Virus record (IMG/VR): IMGVR_UViG_3300032240_002557
Location: 35,913-99,912 of that record
Reading direction: 5' to 3' (one strand)
Length of the DNA stretch: 64,000 bases
DNA from: a virus
Shown here: positions 45,488 through 55,528 of the stretch, one piece after another
How positions within the stretch are numbered: the stretch's first letter is position 1
Layout: the number at the start of each line of letters is the position of its first letter
The notes under the pieces: model-generated
What the model saw: the letters and a program-made list of their open reading frames with translations, nothing else
Database searches by the model: none
What the model was told of the DNA's origin: nothing
Translations under genes and position numbers: made by a program

Positions 45488-46060
45488 TTATATAAATACG
45501 TCGTCGAAATGATCTACAGCATATCTTGCTTGTAATTGCCATATATTTTGTCCGGTGTAGTTAAGATCCATAAGGCTTAGATTAGCCATTAAAAATGCAT
45601 CTTTACATGTTATCCTTCTAAAAACGTCTCCTGCCTTATTAAAAACACTAATTACGATAGTTCCTGTATAATCCTTTTTTAAACCCATTGCTCCTGTCAA
45701 TGGGTTATAGATTAAATCACCCCATTGTCTCATAGTTTTAAAAACATACATCGAATTATTCTCGTCTAAGTTTACTTCGAATGTTATTCCTAATTCAAAT
45801 CCAGTACTGTCTGGTCTTGCTCCAGCATAGTATCTTTTAGCATTCTTGTATGATTGAGCAACCTCTCTAGCGGTTCTTTCAGGGGCTAAACCATCAATAG
45901 ATTTAACTTGTTCTAAAAGAATATTTCCATTATTAGGATTTCCCCTAGGAGGAACCACTGCACTCGGAGGTGTGATCATAACTTCAAACTGGTTGGTAAA
46001 AACCGGTTCGAATTTATTAACCGATGCCTTAGCTGATGAAAAGTGTGGTAATCCTGCCAT
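45488..46060 (-). CDS. gp19: Tail tube protein paralogue A (gp19-like)
   Basis: EPVFTNQFEV, RQWGDLIYNPLTGAMGLKKDY; AATATATA at 46070-46077. Confidence 0.8.
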   Translation of the reverse strand: MAGLPHFSSAKASVNKFEPVFTNQFEVMITPPSAVVPPRGNPNNGNILLEQVKSIDGLAPERTAREVAQSYKNAKRYYAGARPDSTGFELGITFEVNLDENNSMYVFKTMRQWGDLIYNPLTGAMGLKKDYTGTIVISVFNKAGDVFRRITCKDAFLMANLSLMDLNYTGQNIWQLQARYAVDHFDDVFI

Positions 46061-46100
46061 TTTTTATTTTATATATTTCTCTTTAGTGTTTTTAATCAAA

Positions 46101-49100
46101 TTAACTGAATTGAATAAATCCACCTGAAGCGATACCACCTGTTCTAGCAACTGTCATTCTGTTAATGAATTTGTGAATACCTCTAGCTGGTTCGATGATG
46201 ATATCGATAATACCGATATTTTGATCTATAATAGCTGGTGTATTATTAGACGAATCCATAATTGTTGCAAAGTTGTAAATACCACCTACGCTTCTAACAC
46301 CGCTTAAGTAGTTATCAACTATAGTCTTAATCTCAAGTCTGATAGAATCTTCGTTGAAATCGAACGTGTAATTTGCTAAGATATCTTCTACACTCTCTTC
46401 TAATGTGATAAGTAAATCTCTAACGTGTAAGTTATTGAATGCTGAATTAGTTCTTTGGTAGCTTGTTTGGTTACCGAAGATAACTAAACCGATATTTCTC
46501 TTTCTTACGATAGGGTTAATACCAAATGGTTCTAAGTAATCTCTGTCATCTTGTGAGAAATCATACTCTAATCCTACTAGGTTAGACCCCGAAAGCACTC
46601 CTCTTTTTTGTCCTGCGACAATTGAATAAGGCTCTCCGATAACAAACTTTCTAATAAAGTTATTACTTACATATGCTGCTGGTGGAACGTGAACGTTCTT
46701 ACCATTTTCTCTAATTGTTACAAAAGGTGCAAATACACCGCTGAATTTAGCTCCTGTGTCTTCATCAGGCAATGTAAATCTGAATGAAGGATTAAGAGAT
46801 AAATTTCCTCCGTCTGCAATGTATTTAGCATTTAATAACGGTGCTGGTTCAGTAGCTGTAGGAGCATCTGTGAATCTTGGATCTATTGATTCCTTAAACT
46901 TCTGCATTGAAGGAGCATTAATAATAGCTAAGCATTTTTGTCTCAATTTAGCTAAAGAAGCTAATTGTGATTTACTGTTAGTTTTAATCTGTCCGTCAAA
47001 TGTATCTACAATGTATCTGAACGTGATGATATTTCTATCAGATAATGTTCTACCGATATTAGTATCAGTAAGCATGTTTAAGATCTCATCGATTCTAGAA
47101 TCTGTTCCGTTTGGCTTATGTGAAGCCTTTAGTTCAAATCCAGGAAGATATGTAAACTTAAAGTTATCAATAAATTGATGGATCGCTTTAAATTTATTTA
47201 CTTTATTACCTGGATATGTTTGTATAGGTCTGTCTGTTTTAACATGAATCATGTATTGTCCAGGACTTCCTACAATTGCCTTTCTCTTAACTTCAGTGAT
47301 TTTAGTCAATCTATTAAGTTGATTTCCTACAGCGTTAGTGAACATATCTAAATCGGTAGTTACTAAATAATCACCAACTTTAACATTAGAGTTTGCAACC
47401 TGAGATACTGTCATTACAACTTCGTTTGATAAAGGATTTCCAGTGTTATCTGTTGCAAATACCTCAAAATCAACATATTCGTTCAAATTGCCTGCTAAAG
47501 AAACTATGTTTATAGCATTCGCTCCGTCTGTATAGTTATCGATAGTATCTGATGGTCCTGAAGCTACTGATCTGTAGCTTAAGTTGTAATCAACAACTGC
47601 TTCTTCCGTAGTTAAAGCTGAATCAACGTAAGCTTTTAAAGCAAGATTTTCAAATCCGTCTCTGTCTACTGATTTCTCAAATTTAACATATTGAAGAGAA
47701 GAACCGTCGTAAGCTGTATGAATAACATCTCCTTCGCTAACTATTCCCTTAGAGTAGTCTAAATAAAGCTTAGATTCGCCGTATCCATAATAGTTGTAAT
47801 TTCCAACTATCTGTGGAGAAATCACTACTGGACTTCCTTGTGATCCTGGCGATGTTTCTAAAGGATCTATTTTATCAAAGTAATCAGCTTTACCAAATTG
47901 ATAAGCATATTGAGTGAAATTTGTTTCGGAATATGGTTCTACTAAAGGTGAATTAGCCTTGAATAATGGATGAGACCATTTAATTCTAAGCTGAACATTT
48001 CCTGGGCTAACAGTTATTTGTTTTACCTCTTCTATTTTTAATTTAACTAAATCACCAGTGGCAAAATATTTTTTAGCTTCAACGTTTCCTGTTAAAGAAC
48101 CAGAAACTATACCTATAATGAACTTTTTAGCTGGGGAATCTGAGCTAGAAGCTAAGAAATCTTTAAGCTGTGAAAGTCTACCTGCTGCATCAGCACCTTG
48201 AAAGTTAGTTTGTAAGAAAGGTAATCCATTATCTAGATGTGAAGAACTATATGCATCAAAATCCGTATCATAAACTCCGTAATCTCCTCCCATCGTTACG
48301 TCTTGGTACAAAGTACCAACTTCCATAAGTTCAGAGTTCATATTATTTTGATCGTAAGCGGTATTGCTGTTTTGTGTATACGTAAGATCAGCAGTCAAAG
48401 GAGAATTGTAACTTAAGAAATCAATTTGATTCAAAGTAGGATTAGCTGGATCTAAAGCACCCGTAAGGTGATGACCAACTAAATCTATATAAGAATATTC
48501 TCCAGAATCAAGATCGTCTAAACCTTCTTCGTTAACAGCGCAAAGAATACCTGTACTTCCAACTTCATTGTTAACCAATGTTTTAATGTATTGGGCAATT
48601 CCGTTTTGGTCAATAAAGTCTGGTATTAAACATCCAGTGATTGAAAGTACAACGTTAACTTCTTTTAAAGATAGGAAATCATCTATTTTAGCCTTGTTAA
48701 ATCCTTTAGTGGTAAAATAATTACTGTATAAAGGATCTTGAGCTAATTGTGAGTATTTTGTCCAGTTACCACTTACTACAATCACATCAAGGAAATAATC
48801 CGAAACGTAATCATAAGGATTAACAAACGGTGGAACGTTATTTGCTCCAAAATATTCTAAAGCAGTGATATCAAAACCTTTAATAGGCAAACGAGAATCG
48901 ATTGATTTTTTAACAATCACACTCACCGGGTTTTGACTCAAGTTAACTATACTAAATAATTTGGACTTATCCGTAGTATCTACTGTGGCAAGAAGCATGT
49001 TAGGATCCGGGTACCAAAATTTCTCTTTATTATAGTATGATGAAACCAATTTATCTTGCTTAGGCAATAATGAATTAGTCTTTGTGTATTCGTCTGATGA

Positions 49101-49499
49101 GTTAAGGCCATTAGCCTCTTCAGTATCAAGTGAGAATGCTCTATATCTAGCAACATCTGCGCCATTTGCTACGTCAGGGGTTTCTGTCTCAGTAACTGAG
49201 TTGTTTAGTCTCAATAAGTTTAAAGCGAAAACAGGTCCACTGTTTAAGCATGTAAATATTGATCTATGAAAGAATGATCCTTTTTTCTCTAACGCTCTGT
49301 CTATGTCACCAAAAACTTTAAGTGCGGTCTGAACATCTGGTACATAAACCGGAGTGTTAAAAGGACCAGTTGAGGAGAAGCCTACAACTAATCTAACAGT
49401 CTGAGGATTTACTACAATGTTTTCAGAAGCATCAAATTCTAAGGTATAAACACCAGAACTTTTAAAAACGGATAGATCCAGAGTTAACTTCTTTGCCAT
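46101..49499 (-). CDS. gp18: Contractile tail sheath protein (gp18-like, 1132 aa)
   Basis: SGVYTLEFD, GPFNTPV, VPPAAYV, AGQKRG, DRDYL...INPI, LHVRDLLI, NNTPAIID. Confidence 0.92.
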   Translation of the reverse strand: MAKKLTLDLSVFKSSGVYTLEFDASENIVVNPQTVRLVVGFSSTGPFNTPVYVPDVQTALKVFGDIDRALEKKGSFFHRSIFTCLNSGPVFALNLLRLNNSVTETETPDVANGADVARYRAFSLDTEEANGLNSSDEYTKTNSLLPKQDKLVSSYYNKEKFWYPDPNMLLATVDTTDKSKLFSIVNLSQNPVSVIVKKSIDSRLPIKGFDITALEYFGANNVPPFVNPYDYVSDYFLDVIVVSGNWTKYSQLAQDPLYSNYFTTKGFNKAKIDDFLSLKEVNVVLSITGCLIPDFIDQNGIAQYIKTLVNNEVGSTGILCAVNEEGLDDLDSGEYSYIDLVGHHLTGALDPANPTLNQIDFLSYNSPLTADLTYTQNSNTAYDQNNMNSELMEVGTLYQDVTMGGDYGVYDTDFDAYSSSHLDNGLPFLQTNFQGADAAGRLSQLKDFLASSSDSPAKKFIIGIVSGSLTGNVEAKKYFATGDLVKLKIEEVKQITVSPGNVQLRIKWSHPLFKANSPLVEPYSETNFTQYAYQFGKADYFDKIDPLETSPGSQGSPVVISPQIVGNYNYYGYGESKLYLDYSKGIVSEGDVIHTAYDGSSLQYVKFEKSVDRDGFENLALKAYVDSALTTEEAVVDYNLSYRSVASGPSDTIDNYTDGANAINIVSLAGNLNEYVDFEVFATDNTGNPLSNEVVMTVSQVANSNVKVGDYLVTTDLDMFTNAVGNQLNRLTKITEVKRKAIVGSPGQYMIHVKTDRPIQTYPGNKVNKFKAIHQFIDNFKFTYLPGFELKASHKPNGTDSRIDEILNMLTDTNIGRTLSDRNIITFRYIVDTFDGQIKTNSKSQLASLAKLRQKCLAIINAPSMQKFKESIDPRFTDAPTATEPAPLLNAKYIADGGNLSLNPSFRFTLPDEDTGAKFSGVFAPFVTIRENGKNVHVPPAAYVSNNFIRKFVIGEPYSIVAGQKRGVLSGSNLVGLEYDFSQDDRDYLEPFGINPIVRKRNIGLVIFGNQTSYQRTNSAFNNLHVRDLLITLEESVEDILANYTFDFNEDSIRLEIKTIVDNYLSGVRSVGGIYNFATIMDSSNNTPAIIDQNIGIIDIIIEPARGIHKFINRMTVARTGGIASGGFIQFS

Positions 49500-49516
49500 T
49501 TTGTATTTTTTACTTG

Positions 49517-49570
49517 TATATATCTTTTCGGAGAGAGAACTCCAAGGAGCTAAATCTCTAACTATATATC
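49517..49570 (-). promoter_or_regulatory. Two tandem late promoters GATATATA (49517-24, 49563-70)
   Basis: Intergenic, upstream of the sheath gene, with a small hairpin between them. Confidence 0.75.
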
Positions 49571-49580
49571 AAATTCTATA

Positions 49581-51392
49581 CTAAAAGAAGTCCTTAAAAA
49601 CGTTATAGGTTTCCATTTCCCTCGACGAAGGGTCAGAACTACCGCCAAGTTCTGAGTTTTCTGCCATTTTTTTATTTATGGCATTTTTGTATTTATCTGG
49701 TAAAGTGTCAAATATATCCATTACAGTATAAGCAAAATCCTGATATTCAAACACTGCATTTGCGTTTACGAGGGTCATTGCAATATCATCATTCCCTATT
49801 TGGCTCTGGTAAATACCCCTGCTAGTTTCACCAAAATTGCTCAATTCCATAATCGTAGATCTTTCAGTAGGAATTATTCTGGAGTTCCTTGTATTAATTT
49901 TTAAGTCCTCGCAATACTTCTCTTTTGTCTTTGGTGTCACTTTAACTCCTGCCTTGACTTGTTTAGAACTTTCTGTATGTTTTGTGTAGACGAACATTTC
50001 TGCAAAGAATTTTTCACCTGAAATTAATTTCTCAATTAAATATTCTCCTCTGTAGTCTACCTCTACCACAACCCTCAATTGTTCAGGATTAAAGACCTCA
50101 GTGCAAAGGATCTCTAAAAATACCTTTAATTCCTCTATTTGAATTGTATTAGATTTAAAGAGACCAACTTGTAAGAGCGAGAAAAAATCTGATTCATCTT
50201 CGAAAAATTTCTTTTCCTCAATCATATTCAAAGGTTTAGGCGAAATCTTTAGAATGTTAACTACACTATAGTCTCCCCCTCCCCCGCCTGCAGTATCGAC
50301 AGAAACTACAAATCTTTTACCCTCCCCGTCTTCCCACATATTAGTTGGATCAAAATTAGGATGCCATTTAAGATTACCGTAATCAACTATTGAATTTTGA
50401 AATGGATATAATTCTTTATGTACGAAATCAACTTCGGTCTTTTTAAGTTTTTTGAGCGTATATGAATCTAATAGAAGTTTAGAAGAGCTTAAAAATTGAT
50501 TTCCATATTCCTGATTAAAATCCTCTTCCGATCCTAAGTTTGCAATTTCTTTTCTTTTCCACTCCTCGTCTCTACCTGGAACTTGCCACCAATCCACACG
50601 AATCGGGTTAAATTCATTCTCACCATCTATAGCTGATTTATAAATTTCATAGAATTTATTCATCCCATTTGGCGTTGATGTAATAATGATCCTTGATATT
50701 TTAGAGGAGGAGATTGTCGGATATACTGATTTAAAGAATTGACCGATGAAATTTGGATTAATATGTGCAAACTCATCCATGTATAGGAAGTGAACAGTAA
50801 AACCGATAGATGACTGTTTAGTTGTAGTCTTAGCCATGATTCTACATCCATTGTCGAATTTCATGGTCATAACGTTATAAACAAGTACACCTGGTTTCAA
50901 GAAGAAAGGTAATCCCTTCATAATAATCTTGATCTTGTCCATCAATTCTGTTGCAGTATCACCAATATTAGCAAGAATCATGGCATTTTTATCAAAATTA
51001 AAAAGAAGATACCACAGAAGAAAAATTGAAGAAGTTACGGTCTTACCGCTCTGTCTTGGACTTAAAAAGATATTAAATCTGTGCTCCTGATATTGACTTA
51101 AAATTTGTTCTTGGTAGTCCCTTAAAGTGATTTTTCTAATCCCCTCATCGGTCATTGCATTACAATAAGTATTAGCAAAATATCTAACATCAGATGCACA
51201 TTTTTTAATTTCAGAAATCTCTTCCTCTGTGTATTCGAAAAGAATTCCACCCCTTCTTAGTTCCGGATCATTCTCGTGGAATGGGTTATCAACATCTTTG
51301 AAATCTATACCGTTTTCGTCGGCATTATTGATTATCTTATTGATACGTTCAGTCGTCCAATAATTACTGGACTGTTTTTCCTCTGCTGCCAT
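49581..51392 (-). CDS. gp17: Terminase large subunit
   Basis: LRDYQ, PRQSGKT, LYMDEFAH, ITSTPNG, VDTAGG..DYS, NDDIAM; no intein visible. Confidence 0.95.
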   Translation of the reverse strand: MAAEEKQSSNYWTTERINKIINNADENGIDFKDVDNPFHENDPELRRGGILFEYTEEEISEIKKCASDVRYFANTYCNAMTDEGIRKITLRDYQEQILSQYQEHRFNIFLSPRQSGKTVTSSIFLLWYLLFNFDKNAMILANIGDTATELMDKIKIIMKGLPFFLKPGVLVYNVMTMKFDNGCRIMAKTTTKQSSIGFTVHFLYMDEFAHINPNFIGQFFKSVYPTISSSKISRIIITSTPNGMNKFYEIYKSAIDGENEFNPIRVDWWQVPGRDEEWKRKEIANLGSEEDFNQEYGNQFLSSSKLLLDSYTLKKLKKTEVDFVHKELYPFQNSIVDYGNLKWHPNFDPTNMWEDGEGKRFVVSVDTAGGGGGDYSVVNILKISPKPLNMIEEKKFFEDESDFFSLLQVGLFKSNTIQIEELKVFLEILCTEVFNPEQLRVVVEVDYRGEYLIEKLISGEKFFAEMFVYTKHTESSKQVKAGVKVTPKTKEKYCEDLKINTRNSRIIPTERSTIMELSNFGETSRGIYQSQIGNDDIAMTLVNANAVFEYQDFAYTVMDIFDTLPDKYKNAINKKMAENSELGGSSDPSSREMETYNVFKDFF

Positions 51393-51394
51393 AA

Positions 51395-52192
51395 TTAAAA
51401 TAGATCTTCGTCAAGTTCGATCTTAGTCTCGTCTTCTATTTGTCTTTTTAGCTCATTTTCTGGAGTAATTGAATCTTTCATCTTAGGGTCAATTAATGTC
51501 CTATCTGGTCCTTCTACTACCTGCGCTTTCTTTATTATGACCTCAGTTTTGATTACATTTTGCAATCCTTCCATTAAAGATTTATTACCTCTAACCTTAA
51601 CATTTCCGCCTTCCCCAGATATTCCTGGGATAACTACTGCATTACCATCATCCCCAGTTAAAATTGGTTGTTTGGTATTATCTTGCATTTTAGCCTCTGT
51701 GTTAAGTCCTTTGTAGGTTTTTTCCATTTCTGTTAAATAAGCTTGAAATTTAGCAGGCATTTGCATTAATTGATTTTGCATTGTTGCTAAAACCTCAAAA
51801 TTTCTTGCTTGATACTGTCCACCTGCATCGATTTCATCTAGCATTTTTGTAACAGCGTGTTGGGCAGTTCTAATCTGAAATGCCATGGTAGAAATAGAAA
51901 GAGCATCTATCTTAGCTCTGAAAGTGATATAATCTTTATCGTCTAGTATATCTGAATCAACATAAAATTTAACTAATGATCCTAATATGTTTTTAGCCTC
52001 GTTCTCAACCTCCGTTTTAAGTGTATCAAAATTCATCACTCTAGAAGGTTTCATTGCTGGTATATCAGGCGAACCTAATCCATCTAATACGTCATTATTG
52101 AAGATAAGATCCTCTAACTCTTGTTTTTTCCTAAGTGCATCTTCCTTAGTTAAAGCTGATTCTACTTTATTTTTTACCGGTCTTCTTGGCAT
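51395..52192 (-). CDS. Hypothetical protein, candidate terminase small subunit
   Basis: Directly upstream of gp17; ARNFEVLATM resembles the gp16 R.fEV motif. Confidence 0.45.
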   Translation of the reverse strand: MPRRPVKNKVESALTKEDALRKKQELEDLIFNNDVLDGLGSPDIPAMKPSRVMNFDTLKTEVENEAKNILGSLVKFYVDSDILDDKDYITFRAKIDALSISTMAFQIRTAQHAVTKMLDEIDAGGQYQARNFEVLATMQNQLMQMPAKFQAYLTEMEKTYKGLNTEAKMQDNTKQPILTGDDGNAVVIPGISGEGGNVKVRGNKSLMEGLQNVIKTEVIIKKAQVVEGPDRTLIDPKMKDSITPENELKRQIEDETKIELDEDLF

Positions 52193-52195
52193 ATA

Positions 52196-54364
52196 TTATC
52201 TATTTTTAGCGATCTTTGGTAATCTTAATACAGGTTTAGCATTATCTATTACGATTGCTAATTGTGAATCACCCACCACGTTTTGGTTTAGCAGTGCGGA
52301 TTGCTTCTCTTTTTCTATCATATATTCAAAAATCCTTAAATTTGTTAAAAATAGAGGACTTCCTAGAACTTTATATGAGTTATTTTGGGTGTTCCAATAA
52401 ACACTTTGATTGTCAGTATCTTTCTCTGAAGTTAGAGAAAATGAATATTTTGAAGCATTTATTCCCTCTTTGGAATGAATTAACCCAAGATCTGATGTCT
52501 GTGCAGTAGGGTCATCAGGATTATAAAGCATCGCCCACACGTCAATAGAGTGCTGTTTAAAGACGTTAGAAAAATTGAAGACAAAACCATACCAATCGTC
52601 TAAAGATGGTATAAATTGACCTATAGATGACGTAGTACCAGCTCCAAAAGGTGATAGGATCTCTAGGTCGTTTACTAGAATTCTGAATGAACCAGTTTGA
52701 AGATATTCATTACTAGTTTCGGAGGTATTTGTACCAGACCAAATCATTTGAATTGAAATTCCTTGTCCATCTTTCATCCCATAAAGGAAAGTTCTAGCTT
52801 GAGCCTTTTGGGCTTTCCAAGTTGCAATCGATCCATTGATCGGTGCTCCTGAATCTCTAACGGTGAATTTATAAGCATCTTCAATTCCTAATACTTTAAA
52901 ACCTCCTGATTTTGTTCCATCTGCTAAAATCGAAACATATCCTTCTGGATTTGTTCCCATGGTTAACTTGTGTGCAATAGGATATGTTGAATATGTTATA
53001 ACCCCATCACCCTGCTCATAAGACGTTATTGCAACTTTAGATGCAGGTCTATTTACTAGTCTTGTTTTATCAATATAATTTCTAGTCTTAAACCAACAGG
53101 TGAAGGAAACCTCGCCGTCTTCACCTAGGAAAGGCAAAGATTTGTATCTAATAGCTTGTCTTTGCTCATCTTGTTTTGCACTTGCTGTTGGATCATCATA
53201 TAAAAACTTCTCTAAATCGTAATAGCTGTTAGCTACTATAGTCCAGTTATTGTTTAAATCGTGTTCTATAATAGGTAAATAATGATCGATGTAATCCCTA
53301 GTAGGATCTTCATTTCTCCTTTGTGAAGAAACATAATACTGTTGTTTCTTAGTTACTTTTTCTATTTCATCTTTTGTCTCTGCTCCAAAAAGATCCTCAG
53401 TATTAACAGTATAGTCTTTAAGTTCTTTTTCCGCTACCGGATTATTAAATACTGTATTTTTCTTAACTTCATACTTCATCAATTGACATTTGAAGTATAC
53501 TGGATACAGATTAAAATCCCTGTGCAAGTATGTTGATTCTATCTGATAGATCCTATTTGTTAGGGGGAAAAATATAATATCTCTTTTTCTTGGCGCTGAT
53601 CCTTTTCCAAAAAATCCTTCGAAATATTTTCTATCAATATGAATTTCCAAAGGTTGTTCAAATTGAATCCCGAATGTATCGTAGATTGGTTTGTTATCAG
53701 GGAAGTTATTCCCGGGTACCATTACTTTAATGCATTTCTCGTCAACGACATCGAATAGACTATATTCCTTTAAAACAACGTCTTTTCCTCTTCCTGCAGG
53801 CTGAACCGAATAATAATTAACGTCGTGTCCGAATAATGTATTTACAGTTTTACTTAAATCCTGGTAGATATTAATACCTCTATTTACATCATAAGGTTTA
53901 AAAAGTTTATCCGGAGCACAATCGTTAAATATAACAGATTTAGTGTAAAGCTCATTTGAGCACAATACAGTAGGTTTAGTTACAAGATCTCTATAGTCTA
54001 TAACTTTATATGCTAAATCTGGTTCAAAATTTTCTAAAGAAATCGGCGTATCTAATTTCGCACCTTCTGGATAACTTGGACTAGCATGTTCATCAGAAAC
54101 CGCTGTAAATTTGAATTCTAAATAAAGATCCTTGTCTGGATTTAATTCCAAAGCTTGCACACTTTCTTCGGTCAAAGGTTGGTATAAGGACCAGTTGCTA
54201 TTATTCAAGCTCCATCTGAATTCCTTATTTAAATAGATACTTTGCCCGCTCTCTCCAGCAGTATCAATAACCCATCCTCTAAACTTCTCAACTAGCTTAA
54301 AAGGAGCGTTGTAGCTTATAATTCTGTAGTTTCCTACATTAGAAAAATTGATTGCTTCGGTCAT
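52196..54364 (-). CDS. Neck protein (gp14-like core) with extra N- and C-terminal domains
   Basis: FGHDVNYY..KDVVLKEY..FGIQF..PRKRDIIFFPLTNRIYQI; C-terminal LamG-like SFTCWF..DWYGFV..NLRIF. Confidence 0.65.
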   Translation of the reverse strand: MTEAINFSNVGNYRIISYNAPFKLVEKFRGWVIDTAGESGQSIYLNKEFRWSLNNSNWSLYQPLTEESVQALELNPDKDLYLEFKFTAVSDEHASPSYPEGAKLDTPISLENFEPDLAYKVIDYRDLVTKPTVLCSNELYTKSVIFNDCAPDKLFKPYDVNRGINIYQDLSKTVNTLFGHDVNYYSVQPAGRGKDVVLKEYSLFDVVDEKCIKVMVPGNNFPDNKPIYDTFGIQFEQPLEIHIDRKYFEGFFGKGSAPRKRDIIFFPLTNRIYQIESTYLHRDFNLYPVYFKCQLMKYEVKKNTVFNNPVAEKELKDYTVNTEDLFGAETKDEIEKVTKKQQYYVSSQRRNEDPTRDYIDHYLPIIEHDLNNNWTIVANSYYDLEKFLYDDPTASAKQDEQRQAIRYKSLPFLGEDGEVSFTCWFKTRNYIDKTRLVNRPASKVAITSYEQGDGVITYSTYPIAHKLTMGTNPEGYVSILADGTKSGGFKVLGIEDAYKFTVRDSGAPINGSIATWKAQKAQARTFLYGMKDGQGISIQMIWSGTNTSETSNEYLQTGSFRILVNDLEILSPFGAGTTSSIGQFIPSLDDWYGFVFNFSNVFKQHSIDVWAMLYNPDDPTAQTSDLGLIHSKEGINASKYSFSLTSEKDTDNQSVYWNTQNNSYKVLGSPLFLTNLRIFEYMIEKEKQSALLNQNVVGDSQLAIVIDNAKPVLRLPKIAKNR

Positions 54365-54370
54365 CTTACG

Positions 54371-54378
54371 TATATATC
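54371..54378 (-). promoter_or_regulatory. Late promoter GATATATA
   Basis: 6 nt before the ATG, which suggests a leaderless mRNA. Confidence 0.7.
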
Positions 54379-54386
54379 AGTAAGAT

Positions 54387-55214
54387 TTACCTTATGGTAT
54401 TCTTAGAGATGTTTAAGGTACTCTTAAGGATTGAACTATTATCAGGAGGTGCTACTCCGTAATCAATAGAAACCTTAATACCACCCTGCATCAAATTACC
54501 CCTAAATCTTTCAGTACTAAGATCTAACTGTGGTAAATAAGTCTCTGCATTCACAGTTAAACTTAGGGTTACACCCTCGCCTCTGCTACTTCCGTAACTG
54601 AAATTAAATTGATTTGGGGTCTTTTCCGGAATCTGATCGGGTAAAGAAACCTGAACTGGTATTCTAAATCCATTGTATTCATAATAATAAACAAAGTTTT
54701 TAAATAAAACCTCAATAACTCTTGCCTGGATCTTAAGAGCATCAGTAACAGTATCTACTTTTATCTTCAAGTTGAATGATGCATCTATTGGGATAGGTGA
54801 CAAATAAGATGAATATGCTTTTACCTCTGCTCCCCCGTTAGCTTGAACTATATTTTTTTCATAGGTTCCCCTTACATACTTATTTGTTGAAGAGGATGTA
54901 TTAATTCTAGAACTTGTATATTCAATGATACCCCTAGGAATAACATCATAATTTCCTTCAGCAAAAGCTGGATTACCGTCGCAATCTCCATAATTCAAAT
55001 AAAAATCCTGTAAAAAAGATTCATCACCAGCTAAAGAATAGAAGAAGGGAATGAATATTTCCTGGACTTTTCCTGAGCTAGTTGTTTGGAAATATGTTAT
55101 TTTCTCATTAAGAGATTTTAACATTCCGATGATTAATCCCCTGAAGAAAATATCATCACTATTAAATTTGTCTAAAAAATTCATATATTTTTTAAATATT
55201 TCTACTTTGGTCAA
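54387..55214 (-). CDS. Tail terminator / sheath stabiliser (gp15-like)
   Basis: IPFFY, IPRG, PIPIDASFNL, ETYLP; adjacent to the gp14-like gene. Confidence 0.6.
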   Translation of the reverse strand: MTKVEIFKKYMNFLDKFNSDDIFFRGLIIGMLKSLNEKITYFQTTSSGKVQEIFIPFFYSLAGDESFLQDFYLNYGDCDGNPAFAEGNYDVIPRGIIEYTSSRINTSSSTNKYVRGTYEKNIVQANGGAEVKAYSSYLSPIPIDASFNLKIKVDTVTDALKIQARVIEVLFKNFVYYYEYNGFRIPVQVSLPDQIPEKTPNQFNFSYGSSRGEGVTLSLTVNAETYLPQLDLSTERFRGNLMQGGIKVSIDYGVAPPDNSSILKSTLNISKNTIR

Positions 55215-55509
55215 CAGTAACGGTAACCACAGGAACTAGAGTATATTTGAACTTAATCAGTTCGTTTTTCTGATTTCTGTAAGTTGGGTGTGTAAACAAC
55301 TCTTTAAAATAAAAATCGTCGCTCATCTCGTAAACCTCGGTAGTATAAGGGTCAGTCAAGAATTCTTTTCCCCTTGCAGCAGATACTGGATTTTCAAATT
55401 TGTAAACAAAAAATTCACTCTGCTTTAAACTAGAATGAATTCTTTTATTGTTTTTAACAACAAAGAAATATGAATATCTGGATATTTCGTTTCTTGATAA
55501 TGTAGCCAT
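55192..55509 (-). CDS. Hypothetical protein
   Basis: 105-aa ORF; AATATATA at 55515-55522. Confidence 0.5.
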   Translation of the reverse strand: MATLSRNEISRYSYFFVVKNNKRIHSSLKQSEFFVYKFENPVSAARGKEFLTDPYTTEVYEMSDDFYFKELFTHPTYRNQKNELIKFKYTLVPVVTVTVDQSRNI

Positions 55510-55528
55510 ATCCGTATATATTGATTTT

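Noticed and set aside
28223-46060. Shared ATGGCAGGA start in both portals, both tubes and one fibre as a regulatory element
   Set aside because: Four of the five cases are paralogue pairs, so there are too few independent examples
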